Below the pieces are notes generated by a model. That model saw only the letters and a program-made list of their open reading frames with translations, was not told where the DNA came from and ran no database searches. A stretch of DNA of 29,697 nucleotides from NCBI GenBank assembly GCA_046582655.1, contig JAYGDX010000330.1, forward strand, positions 1 through 29,697, read 5' to 3'. Below, piece after piece: positions 29,631 to 29,697 of this stretch; positions within the stretch are counted from its first letter, which is position 1, and each line of letters starts with the position of its first letter. A program made the translations under genes and the position numbers. The stretch comes from Candidatus Poribacteria bacterium (lineage in GTDB: Bacteria; Poribacteria; WGA-4E; UBA9662).

Positions 29631-29697
29631 AGTACATCTTCTCCTGTCATTCTAACAACCTGCTTACAAAAATCAATTAGCTGTCATTTCCAAGTAG

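Noticed and set aside
1..29697. CRISPR arrays, tRNA/rRNA genes, integrases, reverse transcriptases, defence systems
   Set aside because: No regular repeat-spacer pattern or matching motifs found by eye. The many short overlapping ORFs in the track are shadows of the longer genes.

Overview
A 29.7 kb bacterial window of moderate GC, dominated by catabolic and accessory genes. It opens with the 5' part of groES (minus strand, cut off at the window edge), which has a near-consensus sigma70 promoter and a leader hairpin. It also holds Gfo/Idh/MocA oxidoreductases, a DUF58 protein, sulfatases, two PhyH-like dioxygenases, a DUF6785-like membrane protein, a secreted FGE-sulfatase-domain protein, YiaK, a DPP IV/S9 peptidase and a GH2-like protein. 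At least six genes are disrupted. The gene mix suggests Candidatus Poribacteria or a similar marine lineage (inference only). The best candidate for a new system is a two-gene unit at 2806-5489: an alkyl-DHAP synthase (AGPS) with eukaryote-like motifs and an N-terminal membrane anchor, followed directly by a DHRS7B/PexRAP-like SDR. These would cover two consecutive steps of the peroxisomal ether-lipid pathway. Other notable items: a VHL-like beta domain with an intact hydroxyproline pocket inside the DPP IV peptidase, a C-terminus on the FGE-domain gene that resembles a DGR variable region, and non-canonical catalytic motifs in the GH2 and one PhyH protein. All homology calls come from motifs recalled from memory; no searches were run.
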